From assembly GCA_963809895.1 (NCBI GenBank), contig CAWELD010000003.1, positions 2,368,001 through 2,432,000 of the forward strand: DNA of 64,000 nucleotides, written 5' to 3'. Below, one piece after another: positions 46,811 through 57,830 of the stretch. The translations under genes and the position numbers were made by a program. Source of the stretch: an uncultured Gemmatimonadales bacterium (GTDB lineage: Bacteria; Gemmatimonadota; Gemmatimonadetes; Longimicrobiales; Gaopeijiaceae). A model generated the notes under the pieces. That model was not told the DNA's origin, ran no database searches, and worked only from the letters and a program-made list of their open reading frames with translations. Numbering within the stretch: position 1 is the first letter of the stretch; each line of letters starts with the position of its first letter.

Positions 46811-49624
46811 CGGTCCTCGAGGACCGTGACGGTGGTCGACAGCTCACGGCCGTTCGCCGACAGCGTGACCCGGTAGACGCCCGGATCGGCGGTCGGCGCC
46901 CGGTTGCGGCCGAATCCGCCACCTCCCTGCCCCTGGCCCCGCTGCGGCGGATCGCCGCGCAGGTCCCAGCGCACCCGGTTGAGGCCCGCGCGCCCGCTGG
47001 CGTCCAGATGCCGGAACACCTCACCCGTGATCGGATCGGAGACGGTCAGGGACACGTCGCCCGAAGCAGCCTGCGGCAGATAGTAGTGGATGGCGGTACC
47101 CTCCGGCGCGTTCTCGCCCTCCCAGTTCTTGTTTCCGGTGACCGAGCGCGACTGCGTGATGTCGTTGTTCCACAGCACCGCGTCACGGGGATGGAAGAGG
47201 TGCGTGCCCGCGGACCGCACCGAATCGGTGAGCTCCTGGAGCGCCGTGACGTCGTCCATGATCCACACGCTCCTGCCATGGGTGGCGAGCACGAGATCGT
47301 CGTCGCGGGGATGCACCAGGACGTCGTCGACCCGAACCGTGGGCAGGCCGGGCATGAAGCGCTGCCAGTGGCCACCCTCGTCGCGAGAAACGAAGAACCC
47401 GAACTCGGTCCCCAGGTACAGCAGCCGGGGATTGCGCGGATCCTGGCGCACGGTGTGCACGTTGCCCGTCGCCGGAAGATCGGAGGCGAGGGAGGTCCAG
47501 CTGCGCCCGTAGTCCCGGGTCACGAACACGAACGGTGTCAGATCGTCGCTGCGGTGTCCGTCCAGCGACGCATAGGCGGTGCCGGGGTCCACGTGCGACG
47601 CCTCCACCCGCGACACGTAGTACTGGCGCGTGCCGCCGGGCACGTTGGCGCCCACTTCGGCCCAGGTCGCTCCGCCGTCACGGCTCACCTGGATGTTGCC
47701 GTCGTCGGTGCCCACCCACAGGAGACCCGGAACGATGGGCGACTCGGAGATCGTGGTGATGGTGCTGTAGCGGCTGACCCCGTCGTTGCGCGACAGGATG
47801 CAACGGGTGCCGCGCACGTCCTGGTCACAACGCGGCAGCGAGTTCGGGTAGCCCATGATCTCCACGGCGTCTCGATCGACATCCTTGGTGAGATCCGGGC
47901 TCATGGTCCACGTCTCACCCCGATCGGTGGAGCGGAAGAGGTGATTGCCGCCCACGTAGATCGTGCTGGGGTTGTGGGGCGAGAGCATGAAGGGCGTGTT
48001 CCAGTTCCAGCGCACCTGCGTGCCGGCGGGCGGAGCGGGCACGATGTTGGTCTCCGGATCGTCCTCGTCCGGCGGGCTCGGGCGGATGCTCTGCGACTCG
48101 CCGGTGCGCAGATTCAGCCTCCGGACGTTGCCGTTCTGGGACTCGGCGTACACCACCGTGTAGTCCGTGGGATCCACCGCCGAGTAGAACCCGTCGCCAC
48201 CGCCCACCCGGTACCAGTCCTGGGCCAGGATGGGCCCGCTCCGCACCGAGCTCGGTCCGCACCAGCTCCCGTTGTCCTGGAGGCCGGTGCACACGTAGTA
48301 GGGGCGCCGCATGTCCACCGACGCGTGATAGGGCTGCCCCACGGCCCAGCTGCGCAGGGATTCCCAGTTCTCCCCCTGATCCCAGCTCACGTCCACCGAG
48401 CCGTCGTTGCCGATCATGAGGTGGTCGTGATCGTCGGGGTCGACCCAGAAGGCGTGCTGATCCACGTGACCGTAGCCCTCGAGCTGCTCGAAGGTCACGC
48501 CGCCGTCCCGGGACTTGTGCACGTTCTGATCGACCACGTAGACCAGGTCGGGATCGCTCGGTGAGATCCGCATCTGGCTGAAATACATGGGGCGGCCGTT
48601 CTCGTTGCCGCGAAACTCCCAGGTGGCGCCGCCGTCGTCGGAGCGCCAGATGCCCGAGTAGTGCGGGTCGGGCGGGAGCGAGTCGGCGTCGTCCAGCCGC
48701 TCCCACTCCTCGCGCTCGGCGTCGGACAGGGGCTCGGCATCGTCGGCGGCCAGCCTCGATCTGGGCGTAGACCATGGCCGGGGCTGCCGGCGTCACCGCC
48801 AGGGAGATCCGGCCCATGGTGCCCTCGGGCAGGCCGTTCCCGCTGACGGGGCTCCAGGTGTCGCCCCCGTCGTCGGAGCGCCACAGCCCGCTACCCGGAC
48901 CACCGCCCACGAAGCAGCAGGCGGTGCGCCGACGCTGGTAGGTGGCGGCGAAGAGCACATCGGGATCGTCCGGACTCATGACCAGGTCCGTGGCACCGGT
49001 GTTCTCGTCCACGTACAGGACCTTCGTCCACGAGCGTCCGCCGTCGCTGCTCTTGAAGACGCCCCGCTCGGGGTTGGGGCCGAAGAGGTGCCCGTTGGCG
49101 GCGACCCAGACCACATCGGGATTGGTGGGGTGCACCAGCACGCGGGCGATGGACTGCGTCGCGTCGAGCCCCACGTTAGTGAAGGTCTCGCCGCCGTCGT
49201 CGGACCGGTACATCCCTCCACCGAAGGAGGAGCTCTGCCGGTTGTTGGACTCGCCCGTGCCCACGTAGACCCGCGACGGATCGGAGGGCGCGATGGCCAC
49301 GTCGCCCACCGAGTGGGTGCCGTGGGTGTCGAACACCGGGTGGAAGGTCACGCCCTGGTTGGTGGTCTTCCAGAGACCGCCGGTGGCGAAGCCCACGAAG
49401 AACGTGCGCGGATCACCCCGCACGGCTGCGATGTCGTCCACCCGCCCCCCTTGCCCCGCGGGCCCGATGGAGCGCCATCGGAAGGGCGACAGGATCGGAT
49501 CGTCGGTGGGATGGACCGTCGGTGCGTCCTCCATCTGTTGGCCGGCGGCCCGCAAGGGGCTCAGGGCCAGGAGGAAGAACGCGACGGTGGCGAGCGGTCG
49601 AAGGGTGAGGCTACGAACGTGCAT
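46792..49624 (-). CDS. Secreted BNR/Asp-box (VPS10-like) glycosyl-hydrolase-type protein, interrupted by one frameshift near 48753
   Basis: WRSIGP, repeated SxDGGxTW, GLQDNGSW. Removing one base joins the two ORFs (2833 nt = 3n+1). Confidence 0.85.
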
Positions 49625-49725
49625 GGGCCGGTCCTCGTCCGGTGGGGGGCGGAGGGCACGGCCATAGTCGAACGGAGAAGGTCGGGGTGTCAAACGCGGG
49701 GCCCGACCCCGACCTCCCGTCGGCC

Positions 49726-50196
49726 TCAGCGCAGCGCTCGCACCAACACCCGATCCACCCTGCCGTCACGATTCACGTCGGTGAGCCGGGCCAGCGGACG
49801 CCCGCCTACCCGAACCTCCAGGGACAGTGCACGTCCCGCCGCCACCCAGCGGCCCTCGAGCGCTCCGCGTGCGGGGGCGTGACCGGCGACCAACAGACGC
49901 TCCAGCACCCGGCCCCCGAGCAGCGCGACCAGCCCGGCGTCGCGGTAGCCGGCGGCACAGCATGCCTCCCGCCGGAAGACCACGTCGTGCCAGACGACGC
50001 GACGCCAGAGCGACACCGGCGCCGGAGCGGGCCGGGGCGCCCAACCCTTCTGCACGCACCAGGCCCATCCGTGCGTCGGGTGTCCGGCGCCGGAGCGACA
50101 GAACGGAGGTCCGTTCCCGCGCCGGCCCTGGGCGGCGGCCGGCGCGTGCGACGCAAGGATCAACAGCGATGCGAGGATCACGGACGTGGCTTTCAT
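49726..50196 (-). CDS. Secreted hypothetical protein
   Basis: Signal ending AAAQ; GPPFCRSGAGHP...WCVQKG; DVNRDGRVD. Confidence 0.7.
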   Translation of the reverse strand: MKATSVILASLLILASHAPAAAQGRRGNGPPFCRSGAGHPTHGWAWCVQKGWAPRPAPAPVSLWRRVVWHDVVFRREACCAAGYRDAGLVALLGGRVLERLLVAGHAPARGALEGRWVAAGRALSLEVRVGGRPLARLTDVNRDGRVDRVLVRALR

Positions 50197-50375
50197 GGGA
50201 CCTCCCGGCAATGGGGTTCGTCACCCCACCCACGCTCACGAACCGTGCCGGATCGGGTTGCCAGGCCCGGATTCCCGCGTCTCTTCTGGCATTTGGCCGT
50301 CACCGTCCGACGCCACAAGGCCCGCCGGAGCCGCGCTGGTGTCCTCTCGCGAGGACACCTCCGGGCCGGGGGTCG

Positions 50376-50813
50376 TCAGATCCTCTGGTGGTCCGCTCGC
50401 CACGCGCGCACGGCGCGCTTGATCGCTTTCGAATCCTGGATGCCCTCGTCGAGTACCCGGCGTGCCAGCTCGGGCAGCTCCTCGTCCGACGCGAAGCGGA
50501 GCGCGATGAGCTGGCGCACGGAAAGCTCCGGAATCCTGGACCGCAGGTCGTCGGGCAGGATCAGGTCGAGGCGGAGGCGCTCTTCCAGGCGGATGAGACG
50601 GTCCTGCACGCCCAGGGCGAACGTGCGCGCGAAGTACGCGGTCAGCGCGAGCGCCAAGAGCAGAAGCAGCGTGAAGAGACGATCCAGCGACGGGCCGTCC
50701 ACGAGGCGGTAGACCTGCCACCCCATGAGGACGAGGATCAGCGGCGAGGTGACGTAGTGGTAGAGCGGCACCATGCGCGCGTGGTTCGCGAAGGACTGGG
50801 CCGGTCGGCTCAT
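50376..50813 (-). CDS. DUF6526-like membrane protein
   Basis: QSFANHARMVPLYHY, QDRLIRLEERLR, IALRFASDEEL, WRADHQRI. Confidence 0.8.
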   Translation of the reverse strand: MSRPAQSFANHARMVPLYHYVTSPLILVLMGWQVYRLVDGPSLDRLFTLLLLLALALTAYFARTFALGVQDRLIRLEERLRLDLILPDDLRSRIPELSVRQLIALRFASDEELPELARRVLDEGIQDSKAIKRAVRAWRADHQRI

Positions 50814-50875
50814 GCGGGCTCCGGGGGATTCGGGAAAGGGACGGCCGCCATCGACATCATAGCGACGGGGCGCCG

Positions 50876-52268
50876 GTGCGGAAGACCCCGCCTCGCCTTA
50901 GCTTGCCGACCCCGATCAGCCCACGCGGGTCACCCCCACGTCTCCTGCACCCCCCTCGGCCCCTGCAGCGCCACACGCAACGCTCCATCGTCGCCTTCTG
51001 GGCACCCCTGGCCGCCACCTGGCTGATGATGTCGGTGGAAGGACCGTTCCTGGCCGCGGTCATCGCGCGCCTGGCGGACCCCACCTTCAACCTCGCCGCG
51101 TACGGGGTGGCGTTCGCCTTCGGCATCCTCACCGAGGCGCCGGTCATCATGCTCATGAGCGCCTCCACGGCCCTGGCGGAGGACGCCGACACCTACTACA
51201 GGCTCAGGAACTTCACCTGGGTCATCAGCGGCCTGGCGACCTCACTCCTGGTGCTCCTGGTCCTGCCGCCGGTGCACGAACTGGTCATGGTGCGCATCAT
51301 CGACCTGCCGCCCCGGGTGGCGGAGATCACCCACGGCGCGCTTCTCCTGCTCCTGCCGTGGCCGGCGGCCATCGGCATCCGGCGCTTCCTGCAGGGGCTC
51401 CTGATCCGGAGCGGGCGCACGCGATGGGTCGCCGCGGGAACCGTGATCCGGCTGACCGTGATGAGCTCCACGGCGCTGGCCCTCGCCACGCTCACGTCCA
51501 TGCCCGGCGCGTGGGTGGCCGGCGGCGCCCTGTCCGCGGGCGTGGTCTCCGAGGCCGTGGCCGCGCGGCTGATGACCCTGGGCACGGTGCGGTCCCTGCG
51601 CCGGCAGCACGGAGATCGCGAGCCCGGCGACGGGGACAGCTACCGGGGGATCCTCCACTTCTACATCCCTCTGGCCCTCACCTCCATGATCGGGCTCACG
51701 GTGCAGCCGGCGCTCACCTTCTTCATGGGGCGCGCCCGGGCACCGCTGGAGTCGCTGGCGGTCTTCCCCGTGGTCAACGCCCTGAGCTTCATCTTCCGCT
51801 CGTTCGGCCTGAGCTTTCAGGAGGCCGCCATCGCGCTCCTGGGTCGGCGCAACGAGCACCTGCGCGAGGTCGCGACCTTCGGCCTCGTCCTCGCCCTGGC
51901 GACGTCGGCGGGGCTGGCGCTGGTGGCCTTCACGCCCCTGGCCGGGGTGTGGTTCGAGACGGTGTCGGGGCTCACGCCCGACCTCACCTCCTACGCGCTG
52001 ATTCCCGCGCGCATCCTGGCGCCGCTGCCGGCGCTGTCGGTGGTGCTGTCGCTGCAGCGGGCCATCCTGGTCCAGGGCCGCCGCACCCGGCCCATCACCG
52101 GCGCGACCCTCACGGAGGTGACGGGCATCGTGCTCATCTTCGCCGTGTTCGGGTGGGGTCTCGATCTCGTGGGTGTCACCGCGGCCATCGTCGGCCTTCG
52201 TCGGTGGACGGCTGGGCGGCAACCTCTTCCTGGTGCCGAGCTGCCGCCGTGTTCTGGCGCGCCCCTGA
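50876..52268 (+). CDS. MATE/MOP-like multi-pass transporter, frameshift near 52193, start uncertain
   Basis: FWAPLAATWLMM and FYIPLALTS internal repeat; the corrected tail reads AFVGGRLGGNLFLVP...P* (stop 52268). Confidence 0.75.
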
Positions 52269-52295
52269 GACGTCGGTGCGGCCGGCGCCTCGGCG

Positions 52296-53835
52296 TCAGG
52301 AGGTCGCCCGACGCTCGGCGTGGATCTCCCTGCCCAGACGGGCCACGATGCCCGGAATCGCCTCCACATCGGCACGCGTGGTGTTGAAGTTGACGATGCA
52401 GGCGCGCAGGCAGTAGCGGCCTCCGATGACGGCGTTGGACACGAAGGCCTCGCCACCCCGCTCGAGCCGGTCCTGGACGGCCTGATTGAGCTCGTTCAGA
52501 TACTCCTCGACAGCGTCGGTTCCCAGGCCCTCCCACAGATCCCCGGGTACATAGCGGAAGACGGAGATGCTGAGGCCTTCGGTCACGGCTTCGATCTCCG
52601 GATGCGCGCTCGCACAGCGCGTGGAGATGCCTCGCCAGCCGGATGTCGTCGCTGATCATGCGCTCGTAGCCCGCGCGACCTGCCTGCCGGAGCGCCATCC
52701 ACACCTTCAGCGCCCGGAATCCCCGGGAGTTCTGCAGGCCGAAATCGACGTAGTTGGTGGCTTCCTCGCCGAAGTAGTAGTACGGGGGATGGTAGGCGAA
52801 GGCGTCGCGCAGGGCGTCGGCGTCCCGCACCAGCGCGCAGCCCGCCTCCAGCGGCGCGTACAGCCACTTGTGCGGGTCCACGGCCACCGAGTCCGCCACG
52901 GCGATCCCGGCGCGGAGCTCCGGCGGCGCTTCCGACGAGGCGGCGCCGAACCCACCGTAGGCGCCGTCCACGTGGAACCAGATCCCTTCGTCCCGACACA
53001 GCGCCGCCAGCTCCTCCAGGGGATCCACCGCGCCGGACATCACCGAGCCGGCGGTGCCCACCACGATCATGGGCGCGAGGCCCGACGCGCGATCCCTGGC
53101 CAGGGCCTCGCGCAACGCGCCCACGTCCATGCGCAGGCCTGAATCGGTGGGGATCCAGCGCACCTGATCGGTGCCCAGCCCGAAGAGGTCCGCGGCTTTC
53201 TGGATCCAGGTGTGGGTCTCGGCGGACACGTAGGCCACGAAGGGAGATCCCCCCGACGCCCGCAGCCCGGTCTCGCGCACGTTCCAGGACCGCCCGGCGT
53301 GGGCGCGGGCGGCGAGGAATCCCACGAAATTGGCCATGTTGCCCCCGCTCACCAGCAGCCCTCCGCAGGTCGTGGGGTAGCCGATGAGCTCGGCCATCCA
53401 GCGCACGGCCTGGCCCTCGATCTCGCTGGCCATGGGCGACAGGGTCCATCCACCGGTGTTGGGGTTCACCGCCGCGGCCAACAGGTCCGCCAGCATGCCG
53501 ATGGGCGTGGGAGACGCGGTGATGTAGCCGAAGAACCGGGGATGCCCGTTGTAGAGCGAGTGCTCCATGAGGAGCTCGGCCGCCTCCTCCACCACCACTT
53601 CGGGATCCGCCCCGACCTCGGGCAGGGTGGCATCGGCGCCCAGCGCCGCCCGGATCTGCTCCGGCGTCTCACCCGACGTCACCGCCCGCTCGGGCAGCTC
53701 CTCCAGGAGCCGGGCGATGCGGTCGACCAGCGCGTGGCCTGCCCGCCGGAAGGTCTCCGGTGCCATGCCCACCGGCACGTGTGGGCCCACCCTCTCGCTC
53801 CGCAGATTCTGCCCATCTCGCCGTTGGTCGCTCAT
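52296..53835 (-). CDS. PLP-dependent group II decarboxylase, frameshift near 52606
   Basis: HPRFFGYI, HVDGAYGG, DPHKWLY, SRGFRALK. The C-terminus (SISVFRY...LRACIVN) is in the adjacent frame. Confidence 0.88.
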
Positions 53836-54659
53836 CCGGTCTCCTCGGTGCGGGGGGGGTGACGGAGACCTTCGAAGAGGTCCGTCTCTCGACGTCGTCC
53901 GCCGTTCACCAGGCTGAAGACCCGGTAGAACGCCTGCGAGCCCCACAGGGCCCGATGTTGCGATTCGTCCAATTCCCTGAGCGGACCGTACTGGCTCATC
54001 TGGGTCTGGTGGCACTGGACGGCCTGCCACACCACCCGCCAGAACTCGGCGGCGTCCACCCGGGTGGTGATCTCCCATTCCGGCCACGGCACCGCCTGCC
54101 GCTCCACGCCGTCGACGGTGCTGGTCAGCTTCTTGAAGGCCGACTGATAGATGTCCCAGTCCGTGCGGTCCCACGCGATGTAGTAGAACTTGGAGACGGC
54201 GTGCGGACGACCCGCCACCAGGCACCCCGGGTCGGGCGCACGCACCAGGGCCGCGGTCGCGAGCTGCGAGACGGCGATGTGGTCCGGGTGACCGTAGGCA
54301 CCGTCAGGTCCGAAGGTGACCACCACCTGGGGTCGGACCCTGCGGACCACCTCGACGATGCGGGCGAGAGCGTCGGCCGGGTCCACCTCGTCCAGCTTTC
54401 CGTCGGGGTAGCCGAGCACCTCGACGCTGCGAGCGCCGAGCCGGGTGGCGGCCGCTCGCAGCTCGGCCTCCCGGATGCGAGCCAGACCCTCCTTGCCCGG
54501 GTGAGGCCCCTCACCGTGCCGTCCCGCGTCTCCGGCCGTGGCCGTAAGCACGTGCACAGCCACGCCCTCCGCCGAATAGCGCGCGATGGTGCCCCCCAAT
54601 CCCAACGACTCGTCGTCGGGATGGGCGACAACGGCGAGCAGGGTCAGTTCTTCCTGCAT
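53832..54659 (-). CDS. PIG-L/LmbE family deacetylase
   Basis: AHPDDE, GAYGHPDH, CHQTQ; ATGA overlap with the decarboxylase. Confidence 0.92.
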   Translation of the reverse strand: MQEELTLLAVVAHPDDESLGLGGTIARYSAEGVAVHVLTATAGDAGRHGEGPHPGKEGLARIREAELRAAATRLGARSVEVLGYPDGKLDEVDPADALARIVEVVRRVRPQVVVTFGPDGAYGHPDHIAVSQLATAALVRAPDPGCLVAGRPHAVSKFYYIAWDRTDWDIYQSAFKKLTSTVDGVERQAVPWPEWEITTRVDAAEFWRVVWQAVQCHQTQMSQYGPLRELDESQHRALWGSQAFYRVFSLVNGGRRRETDLFEGLRHPPRTEETG

Positions 54660-54691
54660 GGGTTTCGGATGTCCTGGGACTGAGTGACGTC

Positions 54692-55789
54692 CTACGAAGG
54701 CATGCGCCGACAGGCTCGTTCGATCTCCACCCGGTACCGCGCCGGGCTGTCCAGAACCCGGTAGAAGGTCTCCAGGTAGTCCAGAGCCCGGCTCCGGCGA
54801 CCCTCGTCCAGCAGCTCGTAGCCCTGCCACAGCTGGGTGATGGCAGGGCGGCGCGAGCGGAAGAGCTCGATGAGGGCCTGCTGATCCACGTCGGGGCGGC
54901 AGAAGCCCCGGTAGATCCGGTCCCGCACGTCGCGGATGGGTAGCGAGGGGTCCGGGGCCGCGTACGGCGCGTCGACCATGCCCGAGAAATCGAAGTCGTA
55001 CGGCACCACCATGTAGCTGCCCTCGACGGTGCGAATCATGACCATGTTGTGGAACAGGGGCGCCGACCAGTCCGTGTTCCCGATCATGTACTGGAAGAGC
55101 GCCACCAGCGAGGCCTGGTTCCCGTCCATGTTGGCAGGGTGGAACTGCTCCCACTCCGAGACCACGCCCCGGTTGCGAATCGCCATCTGATCGTCGTCTT
55201 CGATGACGAAGCTGTGCGCGGTGAGGGGATCCTCCTCACCGGAGCTGTCCTCGAAGGTGATGTCCAGCATACGCACCCTGAATCCCACCGGAGTCAGGAG
55301 CAGGAGGGTCCTGTAGATGAGATACTCTTCGTAGACGAGTTGCTGGTAGTTGTCGCGGCCCGCGCGGCAGGGACTCACCAATTTCAGCTTGTCCTGGCCG
55401 TCCAGGACCGTGCCCTCCACGGCCTTCTTGGGCACGTTGAGGCGGATGGGCGGAAAGCTGCAGTTGCGCTTGTCGCGGCGGAAATTGCCGCGCGTGCGCA
55501 CCTTGACCGGGACCTCCGCCGGCCCGCCCCCCGGGTCGCCGAAGCGGAGAACGCCCTCGAGCTGCGCGCTGTCCGGGCGCTCGTCCACCAGCGTCTTCAT
55601 GTCCGCCACCAGCGTGATTCGAAGCGGGGCGTCGCTGGCGAAGAGGGGCGCAGCCTGAGCAGCCGCGGCCAGCGAGTCCAGCTCGGCCGACGGGGGAAAC
55701 TCCTGTCCGAAGGCGACGGCTGGGCGCAGCGCGGCAAGCAGCAGCGCCTCGACGGCGAAGGCGAAGAGGTTCCGGAATCCGACGCGCAT
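54692..55789 (-). CDS. Secreted hypothetical protein with CotH-like atypical kinase motifs
   Basis: Signal peptide; RTRGNFRR, YMIGNTDWS, HN, PYDFD. Confidence 0.65.
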   Translation of the reverse strand: MRVGFRNLFAFAVEALLLAALRPAVAFGQEFPPSAELDSLAAAAQAAPLFASDAPLRITLVADMKTLVDERPDSAQLEGVLRFGDPGGGPAEVPVKVRTRGNFRRDKRNCSFPPIRLNVPKKAVEGTVLDGQDKLKLVSPCRAGRDNYQQLVYEEYLIYRTLLLLTPVGFRVRMLDITFEDSSGEEDPLTAHSFVIEDDDQMAIRNRGVVSEWEQFHPANMDGNQASLVALFQYMIGNTDWSAPLFHNMVMIRTVEGSYMVVPYDFDFSGMVDAPYAAPDPSLPIRDVRDRIYRGFCRPDVDQQALIELFRSRRPAITQLWQGYELLDEGRRSRALDYLETFYRVLDSPARYRVEIERACRRMPS

Positions 55790-55822
55790 GACGGGGCCTC
55801 CCGTGCGAGGTGGACCCCGGGG

Positions 55823-56410
55823 TCAGCCTCCCCGGGGTGGAACGATCATGATGTGCGCACCCGCCGTGCCCGGAAACATGAGCCAGGGAGCACCCGAGGT
55901 GGCCTGGATCGACAGGCCCGTGGACTCGGGCGTCGCGTTGGGCGTGTAGATGACCCAGCGCGTGAAGGGATCCTGGATCTCGTGGGTGGCCGGGTCGAAG
56001 CCGCTCCCGGTCATGATGTAGTTCACGGTCCCGTAGGGGATGGGCAGCGTGCCCGCCTCGAATTCCTTCCAGCGCGTGCTGATGCGCTCCTGCCCCTCGA
56101 TCCCCTGGGCGCTGAGCTCGCGCCCCCTGGCGAAGAACGGCTCCAGGCTGGCCGCGTGGCACGATACCTCGAAGCGCTCCGCCGCCGGATTGGGGGCCAT
56201 GCAGATCATGTCGCCGGTGCCCTCGCGCAGGACGACGAAGTTCCCGGACGCGTCGTAGCCCTGGACCGTGGCGTCGTCACGGTGATCCGGGGGTGCGGCC
56301 TGGATCGCGAGCGCGATCTGGACCTCGGCGGGAATCGGCTCGGCCTGCTGGGCAGCCACGGCCACGGGACACGCCAGGAGAAGGGCCAGGGTCGGGAGGA
56401 TGCACTTCAT
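55823..56410 (-). CDS. Secreted hypothetical protein
   Basis: Signal ending AAQ; PWLMFPGTAGAHIMI C-terminal motif. Confidence 0.75.
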   Translation of the reverse strand: MKCILPTLALLLACPVAVAAQQAEPIPAEVQIALAIQAAPPDHRDDATVQGYDASGNFVVLREGTGDMICMAPNPAAERFEVSCHAASLEPFFARGRELSAQGIEGQERISTRWKEFEAGTLPIPYGTVNYIMTGSGFDPATHEIQDPFTRWVIYTPNATPESTGLSIQATSGAPWLMFPGTAGAHIMIVPPRGG

Positions 56411-56433
56411 GGAGCCTCGAGTCGGATGGGGTT

Positions 56434-57630
56434 TCACTGTGCGCCCTGCGGGTCGGGGCGCTCCGATGCCGGTCGTACGGTGAAACGCGTGGACATGCCG
56501 AGCACGAAATGGCCGGCTACGTGACAGTGGAAGAGCCAGGTGCCCGGATTGTCCGGGGCCATGTCGGCCGTGAGCATCATCATGGGATCGACGCTCACGA
56601 TGTCCATGCGCATGTGGTTCACCAACGCCGTCTGGCCGTGCCAGTGGGGCGTGTGGAAGTCGAAGTCATTCGTCCCCGACATGACGTACCAGCGAACGGT
56701 CTCTCCCTGGTACATCGTCAGCATGGGTCCGTTCCCGTACATGTACCCATTGATGTTCGGGGTGATGTTCGTGGTCCCGTACCCTGGCTGAGCCTTGACC
56801 TCCTCCACTGTCATGTCGGGAATGTACGCGGCGATGTTCTCGTCCAGGAGCCAGCTCGAGCCCTCTTCGAGGTCCTCGAAGCTCACGACGAACTCCCGGT
56901 CCACGTCACGGGGGCTGCCGTCTTCTCTCGCCATGCCGCGCGCGGTGACGACGATCGGGCCCATGAGCCCGGTGTTGATGTCCTGATGCTCGTGAACGTG
57001 CGAATGGTACATCCACATCACCGAGCTGGGATCACCGGGACCGGGGCCCGCCCGCTCGGGTACGGGCCACGTATAGACCCAGGTGGCGCCAGGCGCCACC
57101 CCGTCGTCCATCTTGTCGTCACCCCACGTACCGTCCTGATAGGGCGTGCCCTCCGACGCCTTGTCGTAGAAGACCCCGTGGGGATGCATGCTGTACGGGC
57201 GATCGGCGTGGTTCCGGAACACGACGCGAATGGTGTCCCCCACCTGGGCGCGGAGCAGCGGCCCCAGGAAGCCCAGATGCTCCCAATCGGGACTCCGCGG
57301 CTTCAGCTCGGAGAAGGTGGAGTCCGTGTATTCTCGGTAGAGAACCTTGTGGTACACGTGACCGATGCCCCGCACGGGTGCGCCTTCGTCGGTGCGGACG
57401 TTGACGTAGAGAGGCAGGCCATCCGCGACGCGGTCGCCCGCATTGGCGAACTCCTCTTCGCTGATCTCGTCGCGGCCCTGAGGCGTGTAGTCCCAGGCTA
57501 CCGGGTCCGCGGCCACGTAATAGGTGCGGGTCCTCGCACCCATGGAATCGGTGGGCGCGACGGCACATCCGTATGCCGCCACAAGGACGATGCCGGGCCA
57601 GCACCGCCGGACGGGGTCGGTACCGTACAT
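56434..57630 (-). CDS. Two-domain multicopper oxidase, ceruloplasmin-like
   Basis: MHPHG, WMYHSH, HTPHWHG, WLFHCHVAGHFVLGM; GAGGAG RBS. Confidence 0.92.
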   Translation of the reverse strand: MYGTDPVRRCWPGIVLVAAYGCAVAPTDSMGARTRTYYVAADPVAWDYTPQGRDEISEEEFANAGDRVADGLPLYVNVRTDEGAPVRGIGHVYHKVLYREYTDSTFSELKPRSPDWEHLGFLGPLLRAQVGDTIRVVFRNHADRPYSMHPHGVFYDKASEGTPYQDGTWGDDKMDDGVAPGATWVYTWPVPERAGPGPGDPSSVMWMYHSHVHEHQDINTGLMGPIVVTARGMAREDGSPRDVDREFVVSFEDLEEGSSWLLDENIAAYIPDMTVEEVKAQPGYGTTNITPNINGYMYGNGPMLTMYQGETVRWYVMSGTNDFDFHTPHWHGQTALVNHMRMDIVSVDPMMMLTADMAPDNPGTWLFHCHVAGHFVLGMSTRFTVRPASERPDPQGAQ

Positions 57631-57830
57631 GCGGATCTCCTCGGGGGGGAAGGAGGCGCGGCCAGTCGCTTCGCTCGGCCGCTGGGTCCGTTTCACGGGG
57701 CCGAGCCAACTCCCGCTTCGACGCACGAGAGCGCAATGCCTTCGGGCGACTTTCGGCCGTCGAAGGACCATTGCGCCGCGCGCGGTCGTCGTGTACCGAT
57801 TGCTTCCCGACAACCCCGCAGGAGGGTGCT

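Noticed and set aside
46792..49624. Recurrent DNA repeats in the BNR gene
   Set aside because: They encode Asp-box (SxDGGxTW) protein repeats, not a DNA-level array.
49680..49717. GGTCGGGGT...ACCCCGACC hairpin as an ncRNA or REP element
   Set aside because: Single copy in the window, just after a stop codon; most simply a terminator-like stem.
48745..52610. Programmed ribosomal frameshifting at the broken genes
   Set aside because: No slippery sequences or stimulatory structures; these gene families are not known for recoding.
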